Assembly (NCBI RefSeq): GCF_006345805.1
Contig: NC_043015.1
Location: forward strand, 12,214,001-12,278,000
DNA from: Octopus sinensis
Taxonomy: Eukaryota
Reading direction: 5' to 3'
Length of the DNA stretch: 64,000 nucleotides
The notes beneath the pieces are model-generated. The model ran no database searches. It was not told where the DNA came from and worked only from the letters and a program-made list of their open reading frames with translations. This document shows, in pieces, positions 39,780 through 51,534 of the stretch (its first letter is position 1; each line of letters opens with the position of its first letter). The translations under genes and the position numbers were made by a program.

Positions 39780-40014
39780 TTTTTCTTTTTATCTTCATTA
39801 TTTATTGATCATGTAGAAATAGTTGTCTGTGTGAAATCCAATACATCAGCAGGTGATTCTTGCATGCAGAAGTGTCCAAGGACATCCAGCCAGAGTCTCC
39901 AGCATATGACTGGTTTATACCCTGGCCTTCATTGACTCAGCATACAAAAAGCAAGTGTCAAGGCGCCAAGATGACACACGGTTTTATAAATATATATATA
40001 TAATATATAGGCAG
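39780..40014 (-). other. SELENOT: Selenoprotein T non-coding terminal exon (3' UTR); 3' end approximate
   Basis: Strong acceptor atttcttttctttttttattccag| at 40014; contains the SECIS and an AATAAA at 39801-39806. Confidence 0.8.
39860..39947 (-). promoter_or_regulatory. SECIS element, type II
   Basis: Minus strand reads A-UGAA GGCCAGGGU AU AAA CCAG UCAUAUG CUGG AG ACUCUGGCU GGAU: tandem G.A quartet, 9-bp helix II with 2 GU pairs, unpaired AAA, CCAG/CUGG mini-stem; lower helix UUGUAUGC/GCAUGCAA. Confidence 0.92.
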
Positions 40015-40639
40015 CTGGAATAAAAAAAAGAAAAGAAATATATTGATTTTGTTAAATAAACAAATGATCGACATGGCAGTTTCAACGTGAATTCAAAATG
40101 TGTGGACATGATGCAAGATATTAAACTCCAGGTCACCCCCTGATAAATGAGCAACCTTTTCTTCAAAGGAATTCATGCCATAAGCACTGCATCTATTTCT
40201 TTAAAAAATTTTTTTTTTTTTTGCAGACAGGTGTAGGCATGGCTGTGTGCTAAAAAGCTTGCTTCCCAAGCATATGGTTCTGGGTTCAGTCCCACTGCAT
40301 GGCACCTTCAGCAAGTGTCTTCTACTATAGCCTCAGGCCGACCAAAGCCTTATGAGCGGATTTGATAGTCAAAAAAATGAAAGCCAGTTGTGTGTGTGTG
40401 TGTGTTTGTCCTCCACTACCACTTGACAACTGGTGTTGGTGTGTTCCCATAACTTAGCACTTTGGTAAAATAGAATAAGTATTAGGCTTAAAATATAAAT
40501 TTCTGAGGTCGATTTGTTCAACTAAAACTTCTTCAAGTGAGTGTTCATATGTGGAAGATGCACAGGATCCATAAGAACTATAGAGACCCAGGAAATTGAG
40601 TTTCTCAATTGCCCTGGTGGTTCATTAGAGGTAGCAGAT

Positions 40640-41510
40640 AATTTCTGCTGCCAGAAGAGACCAAAGTAGTAATGGAGAAGGATGCATGGAGAGTGTGACA
40701 GCCATAATAAGAAAAGAATGGAGGAAATTCAGAGAGCTGTTACCTCTGTTGGCTACAAAAGGTTTCTCTCTCCAAGTGAAAGGAAGACTGTCTGATGCAA
40801 GTATACAGACAGCAATTCTAGATGGTAGTGACACATGGGCTCTGAACAAAGAGGAAATGTGAAGGTTAGAAAGGAATGGGGCTAGTAAGCTCTGCTGAAT
40901 GCATAATGAAAGTGTACATGTTCGACAGCGTGTTAGTGTATTGAGAGAGAAGTTGGGAATAAGAGGAATTAGTTGCTGTGTGCAAGGGAGAAGACTGCGC
41001 TGGTTTGGTCATGTCATGCAGATGGATGCTGACAGCTCAATAAAGTGCTGATCTCTCAAAGCAGATGGAACATGTAGAAGTGGGAGACCCAGGAAGACAT
41101 GGGACGAAGTACTGGAAGAACGACTTCAGTACACTGAACCTTTCAGATGAGATGAAAAAGGACCAAGATGCCTGGTGCTTTGCTGCATTCAAGAAGACCT
41201 GTACTCTGCGGCAGAAGTGTTAAGACCGGTCCCACTGGTGGTAAGAATTGACCTGCAAGAGTCCTGTGCCAATGCCATGTAAAAGCACCCGTGCAGTACC
41301 ACGTAAAAGCACCTGTGGAGTGTTGTGTAAAAGCACCCATGCAACACCGCATAAAAGCAAGCACTCAGTACACTCTGTAAAGTGGTTGGCGTTAGTAAGG
41401 GCATCCAGCTGTAGAAGCCAAACTGTGTCAAATCAGACTGAAGTCTGGTGCAGCTCCCCAGACCTGGTCAAACCATCCAACCCATGCCAGATGGACAATA
41501 GACATTAAAT
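40640..41510 (+). mobile_element. RTE LINE 3' fragment plus tail
   Basis: Homologous to 34450-35510 (KFRELLPLL, RLRWFGHV); ends in the same tail. Confidence 0.75.
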
Positions 41511-41517
41511 GATTATA

Positions 41518-41915
41518 TCTATATATATAAAAGTGATGATGTGTGGTGTCTGTCTCCTACGATTTAGATTCCTAACTACTCCCACATTTTGCAGTGCAGT
41601 TTAACCAAAAGCGGGTATCTTATAGTCGTGATTCATATCGAGCCCTTCTGGGTATTAGCGCGTGTCTACGATGAGTCTACGATTTAAAAAAAAATTTACC
41701 ATAACTTTTCCGCATTTTTAATGCATTTTCGCTCGGTTTATATAAGGGAAGTAACTCTCTAAAAATGTATTATTAAATCTCAGAACATAAAAAGCTACAG
41801 TAACACCCCCTTTGTGGTTAGCCATATTGAGATGGCTATTATACATTACATCTCTAAAAATGCTTATATAGTTATTTCCCTTATAAACCTGAGCAACGCC
41901 GGGCGATAATGCTAG
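41518..41915 (+). mobile_element. Non-autonomous Helitron (398 bp)
   Basis: A|TCTATATATATAAAAG ... subterminal hairpin cctgagcaacgccggg ... CTAG|T; no TSD. Confidence 0.85.
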
Positions 41916-41921
41916 TATATG

Positions 41922-41986
<65 letters not shown>

Positions 41987-43093
41987 ATCCAAGCTGGAGA
42001 AGCACATCCACCTGTAACAGCGCAGAATTCACCTCTGCAAGCTAATGTAGCAAGCTTACAGTGCTACCACTATTTACCGTCTGTAGATATGTTGTTTCTA
42101 CCTTGCAGTGCCTGTAAACCTTTGTATGGACTGGATCAGTTTGATTATAAACGCAACAGAATTTTGTTTTGAGATGACACAAACCAACTTTTAGCTTGAT
42201 TGTCTGCTAATTAATGAATATGACAATCTGTCCACATGTGCAAAAACACTCACTGGACATTTTCTCTCAAAGCATTGGACTTAATGACTAGCAGCATATA
42301 TTGTTCCCATACACAACTTGATGTTCTGATTTTTGTCCATACTCTCCAATAGTCACAAGTGTGCTTGTGTAGTTAAGTTTGCTTCCCAAACAAACGGTTA
42401 TGAGTTCAGTCCCACTGAGTGGCACCTTGGGCAAATGTCCTACTTTAGCTCCAGGCCAACCAAAGTCTTACAAGTGAATTTGCTAGAAGGAAACTGAAAA
42501 AAGCCTGTTATAAATATAAATATGTAAGTCTCCTCGTCTCAACATTGAGATCCCATGATAGTTGTGTCACTGTTATAAAAGCAGCATCACTCATTTCTAA
42601 TGTTCTGCAAAACATCTGGCCATAGGGAAATATTACCTCACTTGGAAACAAGTAAGGGTCAGCACAGAAAGAGCATCTGGCCATAGAAAAATCTAAGTCC
42701 ATTTAACCATACATGCACGCATGCAAAAGTGGATGTTAAAATGATGAAAGTGAACTTGGCTCAACCTAAGCCTTGTGTGTAAACATGGATAGATAGAAAC
42801 TGTGTAGAAGCCTGCTAGTATAGACTGTATTCATAATTCAAAGGTGTAGCCTTGTTACACATTATGCCTTGCTGAATCTACCTTTATACACATATATTCT
42901 TTTATTCTTTTGTTTGTCATTTGATTGCAGCCATGCTGGAGCACCACCTTTAGTCAAACAAACTGAACCCAGAACTTATTCTTTGTAAGCCTAGTACTTA
43001 TTTTATAGGTCTCTTTTGCCAAACCGCTAAGTTACGGTGATGTAAACACACCAACATCGGTTGTCAAGTGATGGTGGTGGGGAGGAACAAAAA

Positions 43094-43124
<31 letters not shown>

Positions 43125-43850
43125 ACAGGCTTCTTTCAGTTTCCGTCTACCAAATCCACTCACAAGGCTTTGGTTGGCCCGAAGCTATTGTAAAAGACAC
43201 TTAACCAAGATGCCATGTGGTAGACTAAACCCAGAACCATGTGGTTGAGAAGCAAGCTTCTTACCACATATATCAAAAGGGTACATATATCTATGGAATA
43301 CTCACTAACTCAATAAGCAGGTAATCAAGTTAATCAAACAACCGAAGACTTACCTAATCAGAAAGTCTAACCAAGATTCATACATGAATTACCTAAACAT
43401 CAATACTGCAACAATTGCTGAATAAATACTACACTATATTTGCTTACATGAAATAACAACATCCATTTATAGAGAATCATTAGAGCTCGTTGAAGATTTC
43501 AATTTTATTTCATGTTTTTTTTTTTTCGTTTTCAATTTTCCCTCTAATGATGAAATTTGAATTCATCATCATCATCCTTTAACGTCCATTGTCCATGCTG
43601 GCATGGGTCAGACAGTTTGATTGGGCAGACATGCTGGAAGGCTGCGCCAGAATCCAGTCTGATTTGGCATGGTTTTCTATGGCTGGATGCACTTCCTAAT
43701 GCCAACCACTCCGGGAGTGTAATGAGTGCTTTTACATGCCAGCAGTACAGGTGCCATTTGCGTGACACTGGTATCTGTCACAACTGCAATTTTGCTCAGC
43801 TTGATGGGTCTTCTTCTCAAGCACAACATAATGCCAAAGGTCTTGTCATT

Positions 43851-44085
43851 GCCTCCATAAGGTCCAACACTTGAAAGGAGCTCAGCCACTTTGCCTCCAT
43901 GAGGCCCAATGTTCAAAAGGAACTCCAACCACTTCACTACCGTGAGCCCAACACGTAAAAGAAACTCAGCCACTCTACCTCCATGAGGCTCAACACTCGA
44001 AAGGTACTCAGCCACTTTGCCTTCGTCAGGTCCAATGCTCGAAAGCCACTCGGCCGCTTTGCCTCAATGAGGCCCAACATTCAGA
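43851..44085. repeat. Degenerate minisatellite, about 42-bp unit, about 6 copies
   Basis: Unit like GCCTCCATGAGGCCCAACACTCGAAAGGAACTCAGCCACTTT. Confidence 0.75.
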
Positions 44086-44099
44086 AGTTGATTTCTTTT

Positions 44100-44500
44100 A
44101 CGTACCACCAATATAGGTGCACTTGGCTTGACAAGTCCTCCTAAGGAAAGCACATCGCCAAAGGTCTTGGTTACTAGTCATTGCTGCTGTGAGGTTCAAA
44201 GTTCATGCTTCACCACCTCATCCCATGTCTTCCTGGGTCTGCCTGCCTCTACCACAGGTTCCCTCCATAGTTAGAGATCAGCACTTCTTTACACAACTGT
44301 CCTCGTCCATTTGCATCACATGACCATACCAGTGCAGTCGTCTCTCTCTTACACACAACATCTGATTCCTCTTACGCCTAAACTTTCTCTCAAGATGCTT
44401 ACACTCAGTCGAACAAGCACACTGACACTGCACATCCAAAGAATGAATTCAGAGCTCCTAACAAAGGACAGATTAATATAATTAAGAGATTGACATAAGT
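44100..44500 (-). mobile_element. RTE LINE 3' fragment
   Basis: Reverse complement resembles 34650-34960 and 40900-41110. Confidence 0.6.
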
Positions 44501-44532
44501 CTAGAGAGTCGTTTCTTACCTTGAGATAGAAA

Positions 44533-44639
44533 TTAGGCCAGATCATCTTTATGAAGTCTCATATGATTATCTATAATCTGGAACATTTCGCTTGGAGATG
44601 GAATACGTCCATTTTCAAGTTTGGACCAAACTGGAACAT
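44533..44639 (-). CDS. SELENOT: Selenoprotein T, last coding exon (exon runs on to a donor after 44520)
   Basis: ctag|(D)VPVWSKLENGRIPSPSEMFQIIDNHMRLHKDDLA*. TAA at 44533-44535, then 13 nt of UTR (44532-44520) and AAG|gtaag. Confidence 0.95.
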
Positions 44640-44711
44640 CTAGAAAGATAAATAAAAAGAAAATTAAATGTGGTGTTTTAATAAAAATACCTTATGGCTG
44701 ACATCACTTAC

Positions 44712-44720
44712 TTTCAATGT
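44712..44720 (-). CDS. Candidate 9-nt alternative microexon of selenoprotein T
   Basis: Long pyrimidine tract ...tttgtatttatattcttttatccag|ACATTGAAA|gtaagt; preserves phase 1; 72-nt downstream intron. No transcript evidence. Confidence 0.4.
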
Positions 44721-45785
44721 CTGGATAAAAGAATATAAATACAAAATAAAGACCAGAAAACAATAACCTAGAAAGTAAACCTGTTTTGTAAGTCTTATTC
44801 TACAAACTTTAAATAGCAGTTCAAAAACAGCTTCAAGAAGATATCAACAGTTTATATACTAGGTATATAGCAAACTACCATATTTTATGGCCTATAAGAT
44901 GCATGAGGCTATACTTTTGCAAAATAAATTACCACTAAAATAATGTTTTAATTCCTCTACTGTATAATTTTGTTATTACCGGTCATTATAAGCAATTTAT
45001 TGCATCCACATTCAATATAAACATACTGTAGGTGATTCTTCACCAAAAGGTGGCAGCACACGTTTTGTAAACATACATATCGTAGGTAAACCCTCCCTTT
45101 CTCCCTCTGATGTTACCATGTTGTTCTTTCTAGCAAAATATAGTATTAGAAATGCTGTTTTTTTTTTCCTTAATCATTATGTAAATTATTTAGTGTTAGT
45201 TACAAACACTTTTATTAATGTCAATAATAATAAAAGATACCATAGTTTATGGTATATTCCAAAAAAAAATACGGTAAACACTAGTTGTTGTCTTGTAAAT
45301 TAACAAATCCAATAGTTATACCATAGGACAATTTGTTTTAAAATATATATTATAATATATATCATATAGGAAAAATTTTAATGTTCCATAAAAACTTATC
45401 TCCAAATTAGGGAAAAAATGATAAAAAAAAAAAACAAGCTATGATTAGTAATGTAAGGTGTGTATGAACAACAATTGGGGGAAAAACTAGAACACAAGCC
45501 TATGAAATATGTATAAATAGCAAGTCATTATTATACCATAACTGAACAGAAAACAATAGAAAAAAAAAAGAAAGAAAGAAAACTAGGTCATCAAAATTTT
45601 ATTCATCTTCATCATCATCATCGTTTAACGTCCGTTCTCCATGCTAGCATGGGTTGGACGGTTCGACCGGGGATCTGGGAAGCCAGAAGGCTGCACCAGG
45701 CTCCGGTCTTATCTGGCAAAGTTTCTACAGCTGGATGCCCTTCCTAATGCCAACCACTCCATAAAAGCCAGAAAATTCATCCTTT

Positions 45786-46060
45786 TCAAATAATGTGTCG
45801 TCTTCCGTTCCACCAAGTGCATTGCTTAATGCTGCACTTTTTAAAAGATTTCACAACAATTTCTGGTCTGATGTCATCCCAAGCTTGTTTCACCCATTCA
45901 CAGACTTGTGCAATGCTGGGTCTTTTCATCCTTCCTGTGGGTGTGAGGTTGTGGTCTGGCATTGTCATCCATGTATTCCATTGCTCCTTCATGTTCTGCT
46001 TAAATGGCCTATTCAAAAGACATCTAGAGGTTGCAACTGACTTGTCAGCCCACATAAAAC
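45786..46060 (-). mobile_element. pogo-family DDE transposase C-terminal fragment
   Basis: NRPFKQNMKEQWNTWM...LTPTGRMKRPSIAQVCEWVKQAWDDIRPEIVVKSFKKC. Confidence 0.8.
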
Positions 46061-48533
46061 TATTTCATTGAACCCCCCCCCCCCCCAAAAAAAAACAGTG
46101 AATTGATGACACTAAACTTGTAGAACATGGTGACTTTTCAGCTACTGAGAGAATCATGTTGTGATACCAGAAATGATTATAAATACCAGCAAATCCCACC
46201 CAAGTGTCTTGAAAATGGAAAGTTATACCAAAAAACATATTCACAGGCACAGGCATGGCAGTGTTGCAAAGTTTGCTTTGCAGATACATGGTTTACAGCA
46301 GAGTACCTCAAGTAAATGTCTTCTATTATAGTCCCAGGTCAACTAATACCAAGCGCATGAATTTGATAGACAGAAACTACACAGTAACCTGTCGTGCATG
46401 TGTGTGTCCACAACAGTATGACATGGCGTTGGTTTGTTTACATTCCTCATAACAGAGTAGATCAGCAAGAGACTGATAAGAGTAAGTAGCAAACCTAAAA
46501 ATAAATATTGGGGTCAATTTGCTTAATGTGAAGCCCCAGTATGGCCACAATCCCGCGACTGAAACAAAAACGTATAGATACACTCTGCTTGATAAGAAAA
46601 GGAAATAGCAATTGTACGAGCTAAAGAGGAAGCCTCTATGCAGTGACTCAACGTGTTAGAAATAGTTGTCAAATTTCCTTTCAATTGTATCCTATCTTTA
46701 AAAAGACAGAGGGAAATGTATTCTGAGATAAGAAATGCTTTATATAAAAGCAAGTCACAGCTGGAATGCATGCCTTAGATTTTAGATCTGATGAATCATG
46801 CTGGCCCGGCGATAACAAGTAACTCTAAAGTAAGAGTAGAATATTTTCTTGTCCAGACAAGCAAATTATAACAGAGTTATCTACCCTTACATCGATAAAT
46901 ATTGTGAGAATCAAAATTGTTAATCAGAAAAATTGCTTTTCAATATTTTTTCCAGTTCTCTACGTTCTAAGTTCAACTACCATCGATGTCAACTTTGCCT
47001 TCCATGTGTTTGGAGTCGATAAAATAAGCATCAATCAAGTACTGGTATGGATGCTATCGACTAATTCTTTCCCCTCAAAGCTACTGACTGTGTCTCAATA
47101 CAAAACCATTAATTTTTTTTATGCCTTAATCCTTTTAGCATTCAGATTACCCTGTCAAATGTAATGTTTATTTATTCACATTGGAATTTATCATGCATTA
47201 TCTTGTAGCTACGTGATTTTAATATCATCATCATAATTTAACGTCTATGTTACATATTGGTATGAGTGCAACTGTTTATTTTCAGAATTATATTGTAGGA
47301 TAGGTGTGAGAGACTGAATTTGGCCAGTTTGAACATAAAACAAGAGGAATGTTTGGGCTGGATAAAGCTGGTTTAAATGCTAAAGGGTTAAGTTAAAATA
47401 GAAGGCAGGCTCATTACCTTTTTCTTTTTTTCGGCCCCAGAGACTGGTGGGAGAAAAGATTTTGATAGCTAAAGACTGAAGACTTGGTCTGAATGCTTTT
47501 AACAGGGGTGAATCTATTAAAGGCAGCCAAGAGCCAACCAACGGTGGTGTTAAACTGATACATTAAGTCTATCACACTGGAACAAGTAGAGTTCATCTGA
47601 AGATTTCTACACAATTTCTGGCAAATTAATTTCACTCACCAGACTTGTGTTAACATGAGGTTGGGTGAGTAATCTAATAAAAAGTCAACTGACATAAATA
47701 TGGTTTTCATCATCATTTTAACGTCCACTTTTCCATGCTCATATGGGTTAGACAGAATTTGTGTAGGAAATTTTTCTAAGGCTAGATGCACTTCCTATCA
47801 CCAATCCTCACTCGTTTCCAAGCAAGTTTCCCTCATTGCTGGACATGCTTTTACAGAAGACTGGGAAACAATGGACATCACTTGTATATTGGTGATACTC
47901 ATTTACAACTATCACATGATGTCATGATAAGGAGACACTAACATGCTTGCACACACCATCATTATCATTATTTAGTGTCTATTTTCTATGCTGGCATTGA
48001 CTAGATGGTTTGACAGGAACTTGTAAGCCAGAGAGTTGTACTAGGCTCTGGTCTGGTTTGGTTTCTATGGCTGGATGCCCTTCATAATTTCGTGCTTTTT
48101 ACGTATCACCAGCACTGGCCACAACTAGGATTTCATTTTGCTTCACATGTCTCCTCAAGCACAGCAAATCATCAAAAGTCACTTGTCACTGCCTCCATGT
48201 GACTCAACATCCAAAGATCAAATTTCACCACCTCACCTCATGTCTTCCTGGGTCTACCACTTCCACAGGTTTCTTCCGTAGTAAGAGATCGGCACTTCTT
48301 TGGCATGCTTTTTTCAGTTTCCTTCTACCAGGTCCACTCACAAGATTTTTGTCAAGTTCGGGGTTATAGTAGAAGACACTTGTCCAAAGTACCACACAGT
48401 GGGACTGAATATAAAATCACATAGTCAGAAAGCAAACACTTTAAATCACACAGGCACACTTGCACAATAACAAATATAAAGTACACAAGTTCAATTTCAC
48501 CTGAGAGAGAGAGAGAAACATGCAGAGGCTTAC

Positions 48534-48621
48534 CATTGAATGTTACTTCAAAAGCTCCGGTAGAAATCATATGACCTTCAAGAGCATTACTTAGAAAGAA
48601 GACCATCATACAAGAATAAAT
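48534..48621 (-). CDS. SELENOT: Selenoprotein T, internal exon (88 nt)
   Basis: ccag|IYSCMMVFFLSNALEGHMISTGAFEVTFN G|gtaag. Close to the conserved SelT segment YACMMVFFLSN...STGAFE; phases match both neighbouring exons. Confidence 0.96.
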
Positions 48622-49398
48622 CTGGAATTGATAAAAACACAAATCACAATGAATTGAACCATCACCAATAACAAAATACTTCAACAAAAAAATTTTGAAG
48701 ATTTTCACCCATTGATAATCTTTATTTAACGCAGAAGAAGAGAGGGTGAGGGAGAGTTAACCCTTTTGTTACCATATTTCTATTAAAATACACTGTCTTT
48801 ATTTCAATTAATTTGGAAACTAATTTAGAATTTAGTAAAATAATTTTGTGATTATTTAGCTGGTATTTGGAAGATAAATTAATATGAAATTTTGATAGGC
48901 TTAAATTCAGACCATTTTAAAACGAAGCTAATATCATAGGACCAAAATTGGTCTCAGGTACATGACCAGCCACCTCTAATGAGAGAGATGATTAAAGGAA
49001 CAGAATAAGACAGTACACCTGGGGGCCAGAGGCCAGAACATGGCGCTTTTGTCAGTGATTTTCTGTTTGTTCACACCTGGGACTAGATACCATAACCAAC
49101 ACAATGGGATAAGCAGCTTCTATATGGTTGCTAAATATACTAGAAATAGGAGTCAAATCTTCAATTCATGCTATTGTCTTCAAAAAGGAGCAATGAGTGA
49201 CAGTCCTGGATTTCTTGTATAGCAACTGCTGGAATGGCTTTAGTTCTAGATCCATTTGATCAGTGCTGGCCTGGGGGTTAAATACCAACACCACCACCAT
49301 AGAGAATATAACCAAAGAGGGAATGTCTACGCGATAGCTTGACTTGCAAGAAATAACAACCAAATTTCCTTTGAATCAGAACATATGATCTTAAACAC

Positions 49399-49640
49399 AG
49401 AAGTGCACAAGGAATTTTTAGTATTCCTTACATTGCTTGAAAATTCGTTGGAATGGTCATGCCTGGAATACTGATTACAGATCTATTTGTTCAGAACTAA
49501 TCCAGAGCAAAACAAAACAGAGAAGGGCACAAGGAATTTTTAGTATTCCTTACACTGCTTGAAAATTCGTTGGAATGGTCATGCCTGGAACACTGATTAC
49601 AGATCTATTTGTTCAGAACTAATCCAGAGCTAAACAAAAC
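49399..49640. repeat. Tandem duplication, about 122-bp period
   Basis: gcacaaggaatttttagtattcc... begins at both 49405 and 49527. Confidence 0.9.
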
Positions 49641-49693
49641 ACTACACTACTAGAACATCACCATCACCACCAGCAAGAAAAAAAATTACTTAC

Positions 49694-49931
49694 CTTATTT
49701 GAAGTGGCCCAAGTGAACATACTAGGAGTTTGCATATTGAGATAATGGAAAGGGTTAAACTCTGATAAAATGATACCTATTAAGGACAACTTGAATATAC
49801 TGAGAAACTGTGCTATAACTGCCTTGATAGTTGGAGGTGGAAAGTTCTCGCCTTCAACTTGGAGATTAGGAAATCTTTGATGAATTGCTTGTGCATATTG
49901 CTCAAACACTTTTCGGTAGCCTCAGGAATAA
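49694..49931 (-). CDS. SELENOT: Selenoprotein T, Sec-containing exon (238 nt; in-frame TGA at 49922-49924)
   Basis: Acceptor ...tctttcag, then T TAT TCC TGA GGC TAC CGA AAA GTG = (C)YSUGYRKVFEQYAQAIHQRFPNLQVEGENFPPP...FTWATSNK, then donor gtaagt. Matches the SelT CxxU redox motif and downstream sequence. The supplied ORF 49664-49909 is the same frame, cut short by the TGA. Confidence 0.96.
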
Positions 49932-50269
49932 CTGAAAGAAAGAAGAGAAATAGGGATTTATAAAATGTTAACCACATAGAATTTCATATCGCATAATAAC
50001 TAAATACAAGGTTATTACCACAGTCTGAGTATGTGGCACTGCAAGCTGAGTTTGGTGTATTTACACCATTTGTCTACACAAAGAAATTTTCTCCATGACA
50101 AAACACAGTGAATGGCTTTCTTACTGGTTTGAATATCCCCCAAGCATATTTAAACAGATAATAACTTTGTATTTATATACATCACTACTTAGTACTATCA
50201 CTTCACATAATGACTGCTCTATAACAATATAAGTACAAAATCCAGACAGCAAATGTAAACATACATAGA

Positions 50270-50326
<57 letters not shown>

Positions 50327-50328
50327 TG

Positions 50329-50369
<41 letters not shown>

Positions 50370-51145
50370 ACACACACACACACATACATATTAAAGCTCT
50401 CGACACTTAGTCTAAAGTGATCACTATCATATATTCCCAACTCAGGCAAGGGAGTATTTCGGTCTTGTGACTTGCAAGGCAATAACAATAATGCTGGCAC
50501 CATGAGAAAAAAGCACTCAGTACAGTCTTAAAGTGGTTGAAGTTAGGAAGAACATTGAGCTGCAGAATCTATATCGAAAGTAAAACACTGGAGCAAGACA
50601 TAGTCCTCTAAACCCATTGGAGCCTATCTAACCATCCAACCCATGCCAGCACAGAAAGCAGACATAAAAAAATGTTGCTGATAAATATGTTTCTTGCATG
50701 CAGTGCACAAATGAATAAATAAATATATATCTACATATATTTATAGGAGCAGGAATGGCTGGGTGCTAAGAAGCTTGCTTCCTAATCACATGGTTCAAGG
50801 TTCAATCTCAGGGCATGGCACCTCGAACTACTGTCTTCTACTGTAGCCTTGGGTTGACCAAAGCATTGTGAGTGGATTTGGTAGATGGAAACCAAAAGAT
50901 GATCATTGCGTATGTGCGTCCCCCCCCCGTCCCCACGACCACTTGACAACCAGTATTGGTGTAACTATGTTGTCCCCATAACTTAACAGTTTGGCTAAAG
51001 AGACCAACAGAATAAGTATCAGGCTTAATAATAAAAAAAAAAGTACTGGGATCAATTCATTCTCCTAAAAATTCTTCAAAGCAATACCCTAGCATGGCCA
51101 CAGTCTAATGACTTAAACAAGTAAAAGATAAAATGTGTATGTGTG

Positions 51146-51263
<118 letters not shown>

Positions 51264-51333
51264 TAGGGAATAAATCCAAATTTACAGGGAAAAAATCAGA
51301 TTTAGGATTAAATCCAATTTTATAGTAAAATAT

Positions 51334-51488
51334 TATATAATATTAATTAGAGACAAAACCACTATTTTGCAAAACAAACAAGGAAAGACTTAATCAATAC
51401 ATAAAATTTTAATAAAATTTTATTAAAATTTTATGTATTGATTAAGTCTTTCCTTGTTTGTTTTGCAAAATAGTGATTTTGTCTCTAA

Positions 51489-51501
<13 letters not shown>
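51334..51501. repeat. 168-bp spacerless palindrome
   Basis: 84-bp arms, one mismatch, centre aaaa|tttt at 51417/51418. Confidence 0.9.

Positions 51502-51534
<33 letters not shown>

Noticed and set aside
44533-44553. KDEL-like C-terminus (HKDDLA) of SelT
   Set aside because: The motif is not terminal because of the extra Ala, so ER retrieval cannot be claimed.
46784-46825. CTGATGA...GCTGG/CCGGC...GATAAC motif
   Set aside because: Wrong spacing, GAUA instead of GAAA, and no stem I.
49880-49921. Sec-redefinition hairpin 3' of the UGA
   Set aside because: Only weak pairing visible by eye; needs folding and conservation analysis.
50203-50260. ILYLYC peptide as the missing SelT exon ending in Cys
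   Set aside because: No GT donor after the TG, and the upstream frame is microsatellite.
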